Part shown: one piece after another, positions 38,280 through 50,084 of the stretch
Position numbering within the stretch: position 1 is the stretch's first letter
Layout of the letters: each line of letters begins with the position of its first letter
Assembly: GCA_015680685.1 (NCBI GenBank)
Contig: MNCI01000651.1
Location: forward strand, 1,603,832-1,667,831
Direction: 5' to 3'
DNA length: 64,000 nt
Source: Gnetum montanum
Lineage: Eukaryota; Plantae; Gnetophyta
Position numbers and translations under genes: made by a program
The notes under the pieces: generated by a model
Database searches by the model: none
The model's input: the letters and a program-made list of their open reading frames with translations, nothing else
What the model was told of the DNA's origin: nothing

Positions 38280-38760
38280 GGTCTTGGGCAACATGTGATC
38301 AAATTTAGTATGGAGAGTTTCTAATTCCATTTCCCACACCTTGGTTCATACATTGGGGCATTGTTTTTTAACATATGGGTAAGGTGGTTTCAAAGCTTAG
38401 AAACTTTCCTATTTTATTTCACACATTGGCCCATATGTTAGCAGGTGATTTTTCAATATATGATGTATTTTGATTAAATTTAGAAATTTTTGGCGTCTCT
38501 TAGGTTGGCCCACACATTGGTACGTTTTTCTCCAACATGTGAGATTTGAGATGGTAAGTTTCTAGGCCTACTCCTCACACCTTGGCCCATATGTTAGTAG
38601 GTGGTTTTGCAATGTGTGGGCAAGGCTTATGGTTCTACACATTGGTCCATACATTACCAAGTGGTTTTGCAACATGTGAGCTTAATGGTAAGAAATTGGT
38701 AGCAAAAATTCAACTCCCAAGGCTTATTTTTGATTTATTTTCTATATCCAATGTGTGAAG
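38280..38760. repeat. Degenerate short-motif array (CACATTGGCCCATATGTT), largely the reverse complement of 35590-35970
   Basis: Repeated CACAYYTTGGCCCATATGTTAG and CAACATGTG. Confidence 0.55.
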
Positions 38761-39082
38761 GGATTTTCTTAGCTTTTTTTTTCAATGATGCAAGGCAAGT
38801 GAAGTGTAGCACTCAAGTGTAAGTGCGATCGTGTGGTTTGGTGATGGTAGTGTGGTAGCTTAGTTGTAGGCAATGGAGTTTAAAGATGTGGGGGGCAGTG
38901 GTAGTGAGGGTTTTGTGTATCAAGGTAGTAGTTGGCAAGGCAGAAGTGTACTTGTGAAGAGTAGAAGGCAACATGGATTGGTAGTGTAGGATAGTGGCAT
39001 AGGAGAGAGTAGCACATACCCGCGATAACAAGGTGGAGTTTTGGTGGTAGTGCAAGGATTTGGGGCCAAGGTGTGATGTGGG

Positions 39083-42000
39083 TGTGGGAAAATGATCTAA
39101 AATTATTTTTGCATCTTTTTGCCAACATTGTGTTTATTTTGGATTCTTCCTCACTAATTTTGGTATTTTTCATGGCTGGCATGTTGTAAATTTATCAAAT
39201 TTAATTTAAGGAGGCTCATTGTTTTGGGGCTTTCCATGTTTAATCCTATTCCTAGCCTTATATATGTGTTCCTTTGGAAGGACCTTGGGCATCGGTGTGT
39301 GTGATTACAAAGTGTTATGAGCTTTTGTTGTTGGAGGAATTGTTGGTGGAAGTTTGGTGATCTGTTGGTGAAATGTTGGAGTTGTTGTATTATGGAGCTT
39401 GCTATTATCTCTCCCTTTCCTTTTCTACTACGAGAAAGGCAAATCCTCATTCTTGTGTAGTAGGCATATTGCCAAACCACATTAAATCTAGGTGTTCCTT
39501 TTGTATTGTTTGTTTTGGTTTGCATGTTATTCTTCATTGATTTCTTCTTGCACCATCACTATTGTGTTTTTGAGTTTTTTACATTTAGTTGTTTCACCAA
39601 CTCACCAAGTTTGGTTGGGCTTTGTTATTTTGCTACTATTTCATTCTATGCATCAATTGGTATTGAAGTGATAGTTATGTGAAACACTATTAGAATGGCC
39701 TCAAGACTTTCAAATGCAAAGTTTGAGGTGGAGAACTTCAACGGCAAGAATAACTTTGGCTTATGATAGAGTAAGGTCAAAGATCTACTCATTCAACAGG
39801 GCTTGCATAAGGCATTGTTGGGTAAGGTTAATAAGCCTATTAGTATGTTAGATGAAGACTGGGAAGATTTGGATAAGTCTTGTAGATCAAGTTTTATTCA
39901 ATGTGGCAAAGGAGGATTCTACTATTAGGTTATGGACTAAGCTGGAGAGCTTGTACATGATAGAGTCCTTGACAAATAAGTTGTATTTGAAGACAAAGCT
40001 CTATGAATTCAAGATGAAGGAAGATACGTCTATTGTAGATCATTTAAATGCTTTGAATAAACTCATTTGTCATTTTTCAAGCATCAAGGTTGAATAGGAG
40101 AGGAGGATTAGGCTCTTATTCTTCTTATGTCACTTCCAACTTCTTATAAACCTTTTGTTACAACACTACTCTATGGTAAGGACACCATAGAACTAGAAAT
40201 AGTGACTACAACTCTCTTGTTAGAAGAAAGGATAAATTCTACAATTGTAGAATAGACTGCTAAAGGTTTGATGGCTCGAGGTCATACCATGGAAAGAGGG
40301 TTTGAGAAATGTCCTTTTAGATGAAAGTCTAGATCTGGAAAGGACAACAAGAAGAATCTGGAATGCCATTATTTCTACAAGAAGGGGCATTTCATGAAGA
40401 AGTGTAGAAAGCTAAAGGAAAAGAAAGAAAACAAGCAAAAACATGAGGAGGCATCTAGTCCTAATAATAAAGAGGAGGTTAATACTATTAACATCGAAAA
40501 ATTAGAAGATGTTCTTGTAGCCACAAAATTATTTGAACAAGGTGAGTGGATTCTCAATTTAGGAGCTTTCATGACATATTACTCCTCACAAATCTTGGTT
40601 TTATACAAGTTGATGGCGGATCACTCCTAATGAGAATGTATGATGAAGTAAGAATTATGTATGTTGGCATGGTTCGAATGAAGTGTCAAGATGACACTAT
40701 TAGGACTCATATATGTGAAACATGTGTTGAAAATGAGGAGGAATCTCATCTCTTTGGGAGCTTTGGATGGATTGGGTTGTAATTTTGTTGGAGATAGTGG
40801 CTTTCTCAAAGTTAGTAGAGGATGCCTAGTAGTTTTGAAAGGTCACGAAGGAAGGAAACCTCTACAAGTTGCTGGGACATACAGTTGCTAGAGATGTGGA
40901 TGCATTTGATGGACACGTTGCTGCTACATCAATGTTATGGATAGACATTTGGGTCATGTTAGTGAGGATGGATTGAAAAAGCTCTTGGAGAATGTACTTC
41001 TTCTAGGTTTTTAGAAAATTGAGTATGACTTTTGTGAACATTGTATGTATGGTAAACAATGTAGAGTGAATTTTTCTCGTAGCACATTGAGAAGTAGAGA
41101 TGTGTTGGATTTGGTGCATAGTGATGTTTTGGGTCCTTCTCCTCAACCATCTTTGGGAGGTGCATGATACTTCATCACCTTCATTGATGATACATCAAGA
41201 AAGGTATGGGTTTTTCCTCTTAAAGGTAAATCAGATGTTTTTCAAAAGTTTATGGAATTTAAGGACCATGTAGAAAGAAGTACTAGAAAGAGGGTTAAAT
41301 GTATTTGAATAGATTATGGTGGTGAATACATCCCTAAAGTATTTGAGTCATTTTGCAAATATGAAGGTATTAGAAGATATCTTACAATTCTAGGTACTCC
41401 TCAACAAAATGGAGTTGCAGAAAGAATGAACCATACACTTTTGGAACATGCTAGGATCATGATGAGTTTTGTGGGAATGAACAAAGTCTTTAGGATGGAG
41501 GCAATTAACACTACATGTTACTTGGTGAAACAAACCCCATCTCTTGCTATTAATGGCAAGATTCTAGACAAGGTGTGGAGTGGAGTTTTAGGAAAATATG
41601 AACATCTTAGAATCTTTAGTTTTTTAGCATATGCTCATGTTCTAGACATTCAAAGAAGCAAGCTTGATCCAAAATCCAAGAAATGTGTCTTTCTTGGATA
41701 TGTAGAAAATACCAAAGGATATAGGCTTTAGGATCTTGATTCAAGAAAGGTCATCTTCAGTAGGCATGTCATCTTCAATGAGTCATCCATTCAGCAAGGT
41801 GACAACAAGGATGAAAATGAATGAAGCTAATGTAGAGAAGATGCTTAAGTCAAAATGAAGACTTTTAGAAATGACGATGAGAAGAAGAATGAAGAGGTAT
41901 CACAACAATGGAAGCTTGGTGATACAAAGATTGAGCTAAGTATCCAAAACCTCATGTTGAGCCTAGAAGCTCTTCAAGACCTAACAAGGATATGTTGGTA

Positions 42001-44233
42001 GTCAGGTATGATGATGAGTATGCATTTCTATCATTGATTGTAGAAGTAGATGAGCCAATTTCTTATTAAGAGGCATTGAAGAGTGGCCAATGTAAGAAGT
42101 GGCAAGCTTCTGTGGAGGAGGAAATGCACTATCTTTTGAAGAATCGAACATGGGATTTAGTTAAGCTTCCTAAAGGAAGGAAAGCCATAGATTACAGTTG
42201 GTTATATAAGGTAAAGCATGCAACAATTGGACAAGTTGATTACTTTAAGGTAAGGTTGGTTGCCAAGGGTTATCTTCAAAATTTTGGAATAGATTTCTTT
42301 GATGTGTTTACACCAGTTGCAAAACTTGCAACCATTTGAGTTATTTTGGTGTTAGCTATTGTGGAAGATCTTGAGTTAGAGAAAATGGATGTTTGAACAA
42401 CCTTTTTACATGGAGATCTCTAAGAAGAAATCCACATGAAGCAACTAGAGGCATTTGTGGTTAAAAGAAAAGAAGATCTAGTGTACAGGCTCAGGAAGTC
42501 CCTCTACAATTTGAAGTAAAGTCACAGATAGTGGTACAAGAGGTTTAATTATTTCATGTGTAAGATTGGTTTCTAGAAGAATCCTACAGATCCTTGTGTG
42601 TACAATTACAAGTGTGCATATAGTACTATTGTGAATTTGATCTTATATGTGGATGATATGAATATTACAGGAAATAATAAGGCTAAAATTAAGAAGTTGA
42701 AAGAGCTTTTATCTTCAGAATTTGATATGAAGGATTTAGAAGAAGCCAAACAGATTCTTGGCATGGATGTCACTCGAGATAGAAAAGAGAGGAACTTGTG
42801 GTTATCTCAAGAGCAATACATCAAGAAATTTTTTCAAAGGTTCAGAATGTAAGGTGCTAAACTAGTTAGTAATCCTATTAGTATGCATTTTAGATTATCT
42901 TCTCAGCAATGCCCAAAGATTGAAAAAGAAGAGGTAGATATGTCTCGAGATCTTAACTCCAATATTGTTGGTAGTTTGATGTATGTCATGGTGGAAACAA
43001 GACTAGAAATTGCATATGCAATAGGTCTTCTTAGTAGATACATGAAAAATCCTAGCAAGAAGAATTAGGAGCAATTTAGTGAATCCTTCATTACTTGAAA
43101 GAAACATCCAAATTCTGCATTTGCTATAATAAACTTAGAAATACTATTATACATTATTGTGATTCAGATTTTACTGATGATCTAGATAAAAGAAAGTCTA
43201 CATTAGGTCATGTGTTCACCATAGCTAGAGAACCTATTTCATGGAAGTCAAAGCTGCAATTGGTGATGGCCCTACAACAATGGAAGTAGAATACATTGCT
43301 ACTTCATTAGCATGCAGCGAAATTATTTGGTTGATGAATCTCATGGAAGGATTGGGACAACATCAAGCAAAGATATCATTGTTAAGTGATAGTTAGAGTG
43401 CTATTTTATTGGCACATAATTTAGCCTTGCATGAAAGGTCCAAACACATCCAAGTAAAGTATCATTTTGTGTGGTAGCTAATTGTTGAAGGATGTGTTCT
43501 TTTTAAGAATATTTCTACTTTGATAAATCCAGTAGACATGCTAACAAAGAAACTTTAGTTGGAGAAGTTCAATGATGTTTGCACTTTTTTCCACTTCTGT
43601 AAGAATAGTTGAATAGTTGGGGATTTTCTGTAGAAAGGAATTTTGGCTCAAGCTGGAGATTGTTAGGAAATGACCCAAAATTATTCTTGTGTCTTTTTGC
43701 CAACATTGTGTTTATTCCTAATTCTTCCACACTAATTTTGGTATTTTCTATGGTTGGCATGTTGTAAATTTATCAAATTAAATTTAAGGAGGCTCACTGT
43801 TTTGGGGCTTTCATGTTTAATCCTATCCTTAGCCCTATATATGTGTGTGTTTAGAAGAACCTTGGGCATCGATGTGTGTGATTACAAAGTATTAAGAGCT
43901 TTTGTTGTTGGAGGAATTGTTGGTGGAGTTTTGACAATCTATCAATGAAATGTTGCAGTTGCTGTATTGCGAAGCTTGTTGTAATCTCTCCCTTTCCTCT
44001 TCTACTCCAAGAAAGGAAAATTCTCATTCTTGTGCAGTAGGCCCATTGCCAAACCATGTTAAATCTAGGTGTCCCTTTTATGTTGTTTTCTCCTATTTGC
44101 ATATTATTTTCCATTGATTTCTTCTTACACCATGGCCATCATGTTCTTAAGTTTTTTTGCAGTCATTCAGTTCACCAACTCACCAATTTTGGCTAGGCTT
44201 TGTCCTTCTACTATGATTTCGTTCTACGTATCA
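39083..44233 (+). mobile_element. Complete Ty1/copia retrotransposon (Tnt1/Tork-like), decayed
   Basis: LTRs 39083-39655 and 43661-44233 (TG..CA); PBS TGGTATTGAAG at 39658; PPT-like tract before 43661; TSD GTGGG/ATGGG (4 of 5). Confidence 0.95.
39695..43600 (+). pseudogene. gag-pol: Copia gag-PR-INT-RT-RH polyprotein, degenerate
   Basis: KFEVENFNGKNNF, SLTNKLYLK, RSKLDPKSKKCVFLGY, RLVAKGY, LYVDDM, YCDSDF..DLDKRKST. Confidence 0.95.
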
Positions 44234-44519
44234 ATGGGCTACCTGATGAAAGGTAGCATGTTGATGGGCCTGCGTGGACCTCTTTTAGGTGCTACAACAA
44301 TTTTAATATATATATATAGCTATTAGTTGGAAATCATGTTGATTTTTTTATATACCTACATATTAGTAAATAGAGGAAGAGATGGGAAAGAAGAGATTGT
44401 CATGTGGCTTAATTGATTAACTGATACAAATATAGTATTGAACAAACATGGATGTAATGATGTGTTGAAAAATATTGATTTATTTTTTTATTATTTTATT
44501 TGAATTTTATCATGTGCAA

Positions 44520-45660
44520 CTAGATTAGCAACATCACTCGGTACTTCTTCTATAAGGTTGGAAGAAGAAGTGACTTTAAAGGGTAATAAAATATTATTGT
44601 CTTCCTTAATGAATGTTCATTGGTCACACATGTCAAGTTCCATTGTAGATGATATGGTTTCACATTCAGATTGATCCTCCTAAATTTCTTGGGATACATA
44701 GACTCTAGATGTTGAAAAGTTTTCCACAATTGAGTCAACCTGTGGTTTTGGTATCTCATATCTTGTTTCATGTTCATGTAGGGATTCTATGTTATGAATT
44801 AGCATTTCTATAGTTCTAGATGAATGCTTGATATTGAAAATACAGGATTGAAATACTTGATACTTATGAATGCAATAAGATATGATTTCCACAAAGTCAC
44901 AGAATAAAAAGCAAATCACTTTTGTAGGAAGAATTTTTCAGATTCCATCAACTCACCATATCTTGAACCTACTTGTCGAGAATTATATTTTGATTCTCTA
45001 CCTTTATGGATAAACTTGTTAATGAACATCTCAATAGACTGCACCTTTGGTTGGTAGTAGTGGGGAACCATTCGTGGGCTTGCATGAAATGTAAAATTGT
45101 TTATGCATTCGTTACACATGTTTTCTAAGAGCATTTTCTTTTGATTTTTTTCTTTATGTACCCTTGTAGTTGTGATCCTTCAGTTGCTAGGATAACCACT
45201 TGGCCATCATGTTTTCTTATAGTTGTTCCACAACATTGGCTCATGTGTAAAGGACAAACATTTGCATCAAAGCATATCAGAAAATCAACCTTCATCATAT
45301 CAAATCCCTCCCTTGATTAATGTCACTACAATTGTATTGTATCCTTCTAATTGAAATTTTTGCAAAAATTCTTGTTGAAGTTTTGACTCTACTCCTTTGA
45401 TGTTTTACCTTAGCTTTGTCTTATAAATTCAACTATCTTCACTGCATCATTGACATTTTACAATGTATCCAGAATATGCTTCAGGCTTTCTTTGAAGCTA
45501 GTAAAAATAATCACTCTGGTACTTGTAGGATCTTTTACATTAAAATGTTTCATGATGATTTCCTTCACCTTTGATAATTTAGGATCTAGTGAATGAATAT
45601 GGTGACTCTAGCAACATTTCCATGTGGTTTGTTGTTTAAATTGGAATATGCCAAATTGAA
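44520..45660 (-). pseudogene. FANCM: Intronless fragment of FANCM (helicase C-terminal domain and downstream region)
   Basis: PKLSKVKEIIMKHFNVKDPTSTRVIIFTSFKES, VEFIRQS*GKTSK, DMMKVDFLICFDANVCPLHMSQCCGTTIRKHDGQVVILATEGS, NFTFHASPRMVPHYYQPKVQ and LIAF..KHSSRTIEMLI are colinear with plant FANCM as recalled. Confidence 0.9.
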
Positions 45661-45687
45661 TTTGTCTAGGGAGTCTTCTATCAAAAA

Positions 45688-45843
45688 AAGCTCAAGAGAT
45701 TCAGGCACATCTTCCAATGCTAGGCATCATATATCTCCTAACTCTTATCTACATGTAGGGTACTTGTTGTGAACTCTGGACTTATAGCTAGAGCACAAGG
45801 TATAGCCATTATGACACTAGTGAATAGGAGGGTACATGGAATT
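45688..45843 (-). pseudogene. SINAT: Fragment of a SINA/SINAT RING E3 ubiquitin ligase
   Basis: NSMYPPIH*CHNGYTLCSSYKSRVHNKYPTCR*ELGDI*CLALEDVPESLEL versus SINAT NSMYPPIHQCHNGHTLCSTCKSRVHNRCPTCRQELGDIRCLALEKVAESLEL. Confidence 0.93.
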
Positions 45844-46479
45844 TGATGTACTTGTTTTTATGTATGATTTCCTCTTGGCTATTGTTTTGGTATTTTAATT
45901 CATAGAATATGTTAGATGTAAATGTTTATCTCATTGTTTATGCTCTAATTTATTTCAAGTGATTTTATGTTCTAATTTTATTATTATTTTTCTTATCTAT
46001 AGGCCTCCAGTGTTGATAGTGATGAAATTGGTGACAATGTTAATGATGATGATCATCCTTCCCCTCCTATGCCTAAGTCTTGGTTACTTTTGGACATGTT
46101 ATTATTTTGCTATTTTTGTTACATTGTTATAATTATTTTTATTTTTGCTACCATAGCTATGGAGACTATGTATTATTTTTTATCATTGCACAATGCAACT
46201 ATGGATATAGAACATTGACATTTTATTTTTTATTACTTATCATACAATGTGACCATGACTAATATTTTACTTTAAAATTTTTGGTTATTTTTATATTTTA
46301 TATTTTATGTTTTATACTCTTTGTGTAAACACTACAAGTTAGAACAACAAGGTTACAAAATAAAATTTGGTGCAATATGAGAAATGTAAAAATGTAATAT
46401 GAATCATAAATTTTAAAGCAAAAACTTTAAATAATGTGATGAGGCTAACAAGTCATAACATGTACATAAGGGAGATAAA

Positions 46480-46630
46480 AGGGAGGGCATAATTTTGCCA
46501 AATTTAGGTCTTGGTAGGCCATGGTGTTACTGGTTTTAGACCTTGGCGGGCCATCGTGTTACTAGTTTTAGGCCTTTCTGGGCCATTTTTATCCAATTTT
46601 AGACCTTGGTGGGCCATGGCCATATTTTTC
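46480..46630. mobile_element. Probable Mutator-like (MULE) right terminal repeat
   Basis: Four ~31-bp subrepeats (TTTAGRCCTTGGYGGGCCAT..) ending ATATTTTTC, which is typical MULE terminus architecture. No partner TIR found in the window. Confidence 0.5.
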
Positions 46631-46989
46631 TAACAAGTATGGAATGGCCTCAAAAAAGCATATAAGAATAAAACAAACAATGAAACATGATATAAGGTCA
46701 CAAAAGTAAGCAAATGGTTGTTGATAAATGAGGGAATAAGATGCTTAAGATGGATTTGTCACTTGATCTTTGATCAATCAAGGGGATTGTTTTGTACAAT
46801 CCTAGTTTTATGGTTCTTTCCATTTAATATGACAATTGGTAGGTGTCCTTGTTGATCATTTAACATTTTAGAGTTGGCATTGTTAGCATTGTTGTCATTG
46901 TCATTGTTGTCATTGGGCTTAGCTTGAGCATCAAGAATTTCATCCTAAAACTTTACCTTTGAACCTTAGTTAATGTTACTATTATTGAC

Positions 46990-47195
46990 TAATGGTGAAC
47001 ACATGTTATCCCCAAGAATCAAAATTTCATCACCTTTGTATGATAAATGGATCTCTTGGTGTATAGGAGATGAGATTGCATGAAAATTGGCTAACCATAG
47101 CCTTCCTAGGATCAATTTGAAATCAGGTGTCTCTTCAAGTACTAGGAAGTTGACAGATGTGAGAAATTACACTTGCACTATAAAATCCAAGGAGA
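46990..47195 (-). pseudogene. Fragment of a Tat/Ogre-type retroelement aspartic protease
   Basis: VNFLVLEETPDFKLILGRLWLANFHAISSPIHQEIHL (LLGRPW..S-LHQ motif). Confidence 0.7.
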
Positions 47196-47200
47196 GTCAA

Positions 47201-49716
47201 CCATTAAAATATTAAATTTATCATGCGTTGCTGTAATGGGATGTTCAAGAAAAAACTTAGTGGCCATGGCATGACACATGGTGTTGATTCAAGCTTTAGA
47301 ACCTTAAAAAAAGGATTCCAATAGTGCCATCATCTCGGATCTATTGACCTTTAGGATTAAACCCTCACATCCTTAAGAAGTAATATTGGCATCCATGGCC
47401 TAGGTAACTTGAACATAACTCATATGTATGGTAGATTTGGTGTTAGGGTTGCAATGGCCATGTGCATTGAAGTATGGATTTTAGCAAGTTTAATGGAATA
47501 GTCCATGAGGATCATTTCATAGAGCACCGGGCTCATCTGAGAATTAATACTCTTGGATTCATGGCATTCATGGCCGTTGACAATGACACATTTACAAGGA
47601 ATCTGCTACTACAAAGTTTCTTCATCCACAAAATCCTTGACATCAATGCACTTGGAACACTTGTGCTACGTACCTTGGATGAGCTTCAATGTGTTTCTAT
47701 ATGTTAGTATCTTAGCAGAGGTCATCATGGAAAATCATGATGGAAATGTGCAGAGGCTTGGTGGATGATTACTTGTCAATGATGATGCTCACATTGGCAA
47801 TGAAGATGATGTTGTTTTCTTTGATCTTTCATGTTGCAAAGTGGTATTGGAAAACTTAATTAAAAATTATGCACCACTACGCTCATCATAGAGGCAGAGA
47901 TGAAGTCACGAATAAGTGGTCAGTACCTTGCAGAGGCATGTGGAGTTAATGGAATATGTTGCAAACACATCATGCTTGCTTCTTGGTAGTTTGGTCATGT
48001 TTACTTTTGTGTTTTACACCCATGATTTTTTCCATAATATTATGATTTTACATTCCATACATTTGTATTAAGGTTTTGGTATGGAGTTATAAAATGACCA
48101 AAAAATAATAATCATAAAATGAAACTATGATATAAAATAGAAGGATAATAAAATATAATAAATAAATTTGAAAAATGAAGTTTAGATTGAGGGAACATAT
48201 GTAATAAACCATAGGTTGGCTATCTTGCATTTGTATCTGGGTGACCTAAAATTGAAGAAGACACCTTGAATTAGAGTTAGCTTTGCTTTAAAGGCTTAAA
48301 TTATGTTTTTCCCCATAGGAAGATATATTATAAGGGTTGATGTGCTAAAAATGGTGAACTCATATTAAGGATAGAGCCTCAAGAATATTAGGAAAAATAA
48401 AATAGAAGATTTATAAGTTAGTTATTGGACAAGACACTTGCCAACTATGGCTTAAATTTCTCATAGAAGTTATAACTTCTTAGGATGGTTATGCATTAAT
48501 CCCCTAGATATTTGTAACATTCTTAATGTCTCATGATGATTATAACTACCCTAATGCCACTATAAAAGGAGCTTCAAAGATAGAATTAGAGGAGGATTTG
48601 GGGGGAAAAGATACTTGAAAAAATATTGAAGATTGTAAAGCATGGCTTGCTAAAGACATCAATTCCGCTACTTTGTCTTAATCCTTTGAGTTTATTTCTT
48701 CCCATTTTGTTTTAGTTACTTAGCTAATGGTTTAGATAGTATTGTGCTTGGCATTTAATTTTTGGATTTTCTAGGTTTCTTTTATAGCTCTCCTTTTTGT
48801 AAAATATTAGACTTCTATTAGGTTTTCCATATAAGAGCTTATGTTATATTAGAAAAACATCTTGAGCAATTTAATAGTAATGAATTATAGAAATTGCTTG
48901 TTTGAGTCTAGGGAATTAAGAGAATCTTTAATACTTTGTAATGACTGGAATAACTTTATTTCTTTTAAAGTTTATTATCTTAATATTTCAATCTTAAAAT
49001 TGTTAAATTTTTTTGGAAGTTCTAGTGTTTGTAATTCTTGACCGATATTAACTAGCCAAATAGAAGCTTGTATTTTGTCATTTAGAAACGATTTTGGTAG
49101 TTAAATAAGAGTGTCTTTTATGAAATTGCTTATTGAGCTTAGAGGGTTTGAATGATTCATAATAGATTGAATTGGAATAGCTTTATTACAAAGTCTTTCC
49201 TCATGTCAATTTATCTTGCTTAAATGTTTAAGATTCTACATAAATTTACTTTTTTTGTTTGAAATCCATTGAATCTCACTCTATTTCTAGTTTTCTTGTG
49301 AAACTTTTTCTTTGGGGGAAATTAGGAGTAGATTGGCAGAATTGTGCTCAAGTATTTTTGTGAAATTATATTTGTTTCAAGTAATGTACTATAGGGACTA
49401 TGTAGACTAAGTGATTCAACAAAATAGGAATCTTCAACAACTCGTAGTATTTGAAAAAGCTAGCTGAATTTCTTTTATGATAGCCAATTACATTTTCATT
49501 TATAAATCCAATCATTTCAACATTCATAACAACAAACACATACTCATTATTAGTTCATTTCATAATCATTGAGTTTATTTAGAGGTATCTTGGCCTTGGT
49601 GTTGCCAGAACACTAGCAAGCACTGAAACCTTGTTTGATGAACACCTTCACATTCCATGATCCCAAAGTCATGAGATTAGAGGCACCCATGCATTAGTAG
49701 TCCAAAATGGCTAACA
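47201..49716 (+). repeat. 5' LTR of the Tat element, lacking its first ~300 bp
   Basis: Colinear with 56781-59274 and ends GGCTAACA before the PBS. Confidence 0.9.
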
Positions 49717-50084
49717 ATAGTTTTTTTGGTGCTAGAAGGAGGGCAAGAAACTTTGTTGCACAAAAATAGTTCATTATGTTCAAAGAGATTTATAGTTCTT
49801 GCACAACAATAGTATTTTTCATTGTTAGGAGAGCTTGAAAGAATTCGCTAGTATATTGAGTTAATGATCGAATAGACTAGTACTTTAGAATATTTATAAT
49901 TTTATGGTCATAAGTTTTATTATTCATTAGAAGAAGAATAGAAAAAGGTTCTTGAGTTTGGAACAAGTAGTGAAGTAAAAACTAGAAGAATAAAGAGAAC
50001 ACCTTTTTTTTTGGTTTATTAGTCTATAAGAGAAGGCCGAAGAAATATAAGAGTTCAACAATCAAAAGAAATTCTAGTAAAATT

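Noticed and set aside
39154-39537. ORF repeated at 43851-44114 as a duplicated gene
   Set aside because: Both are antisense frames within the two copia LTRs.
47474-47768. Short ORFs in the Tat LTR
   Set aside because: Not preserved as equivalent ORFs in the second LTR copy, and no recognisable motifs.
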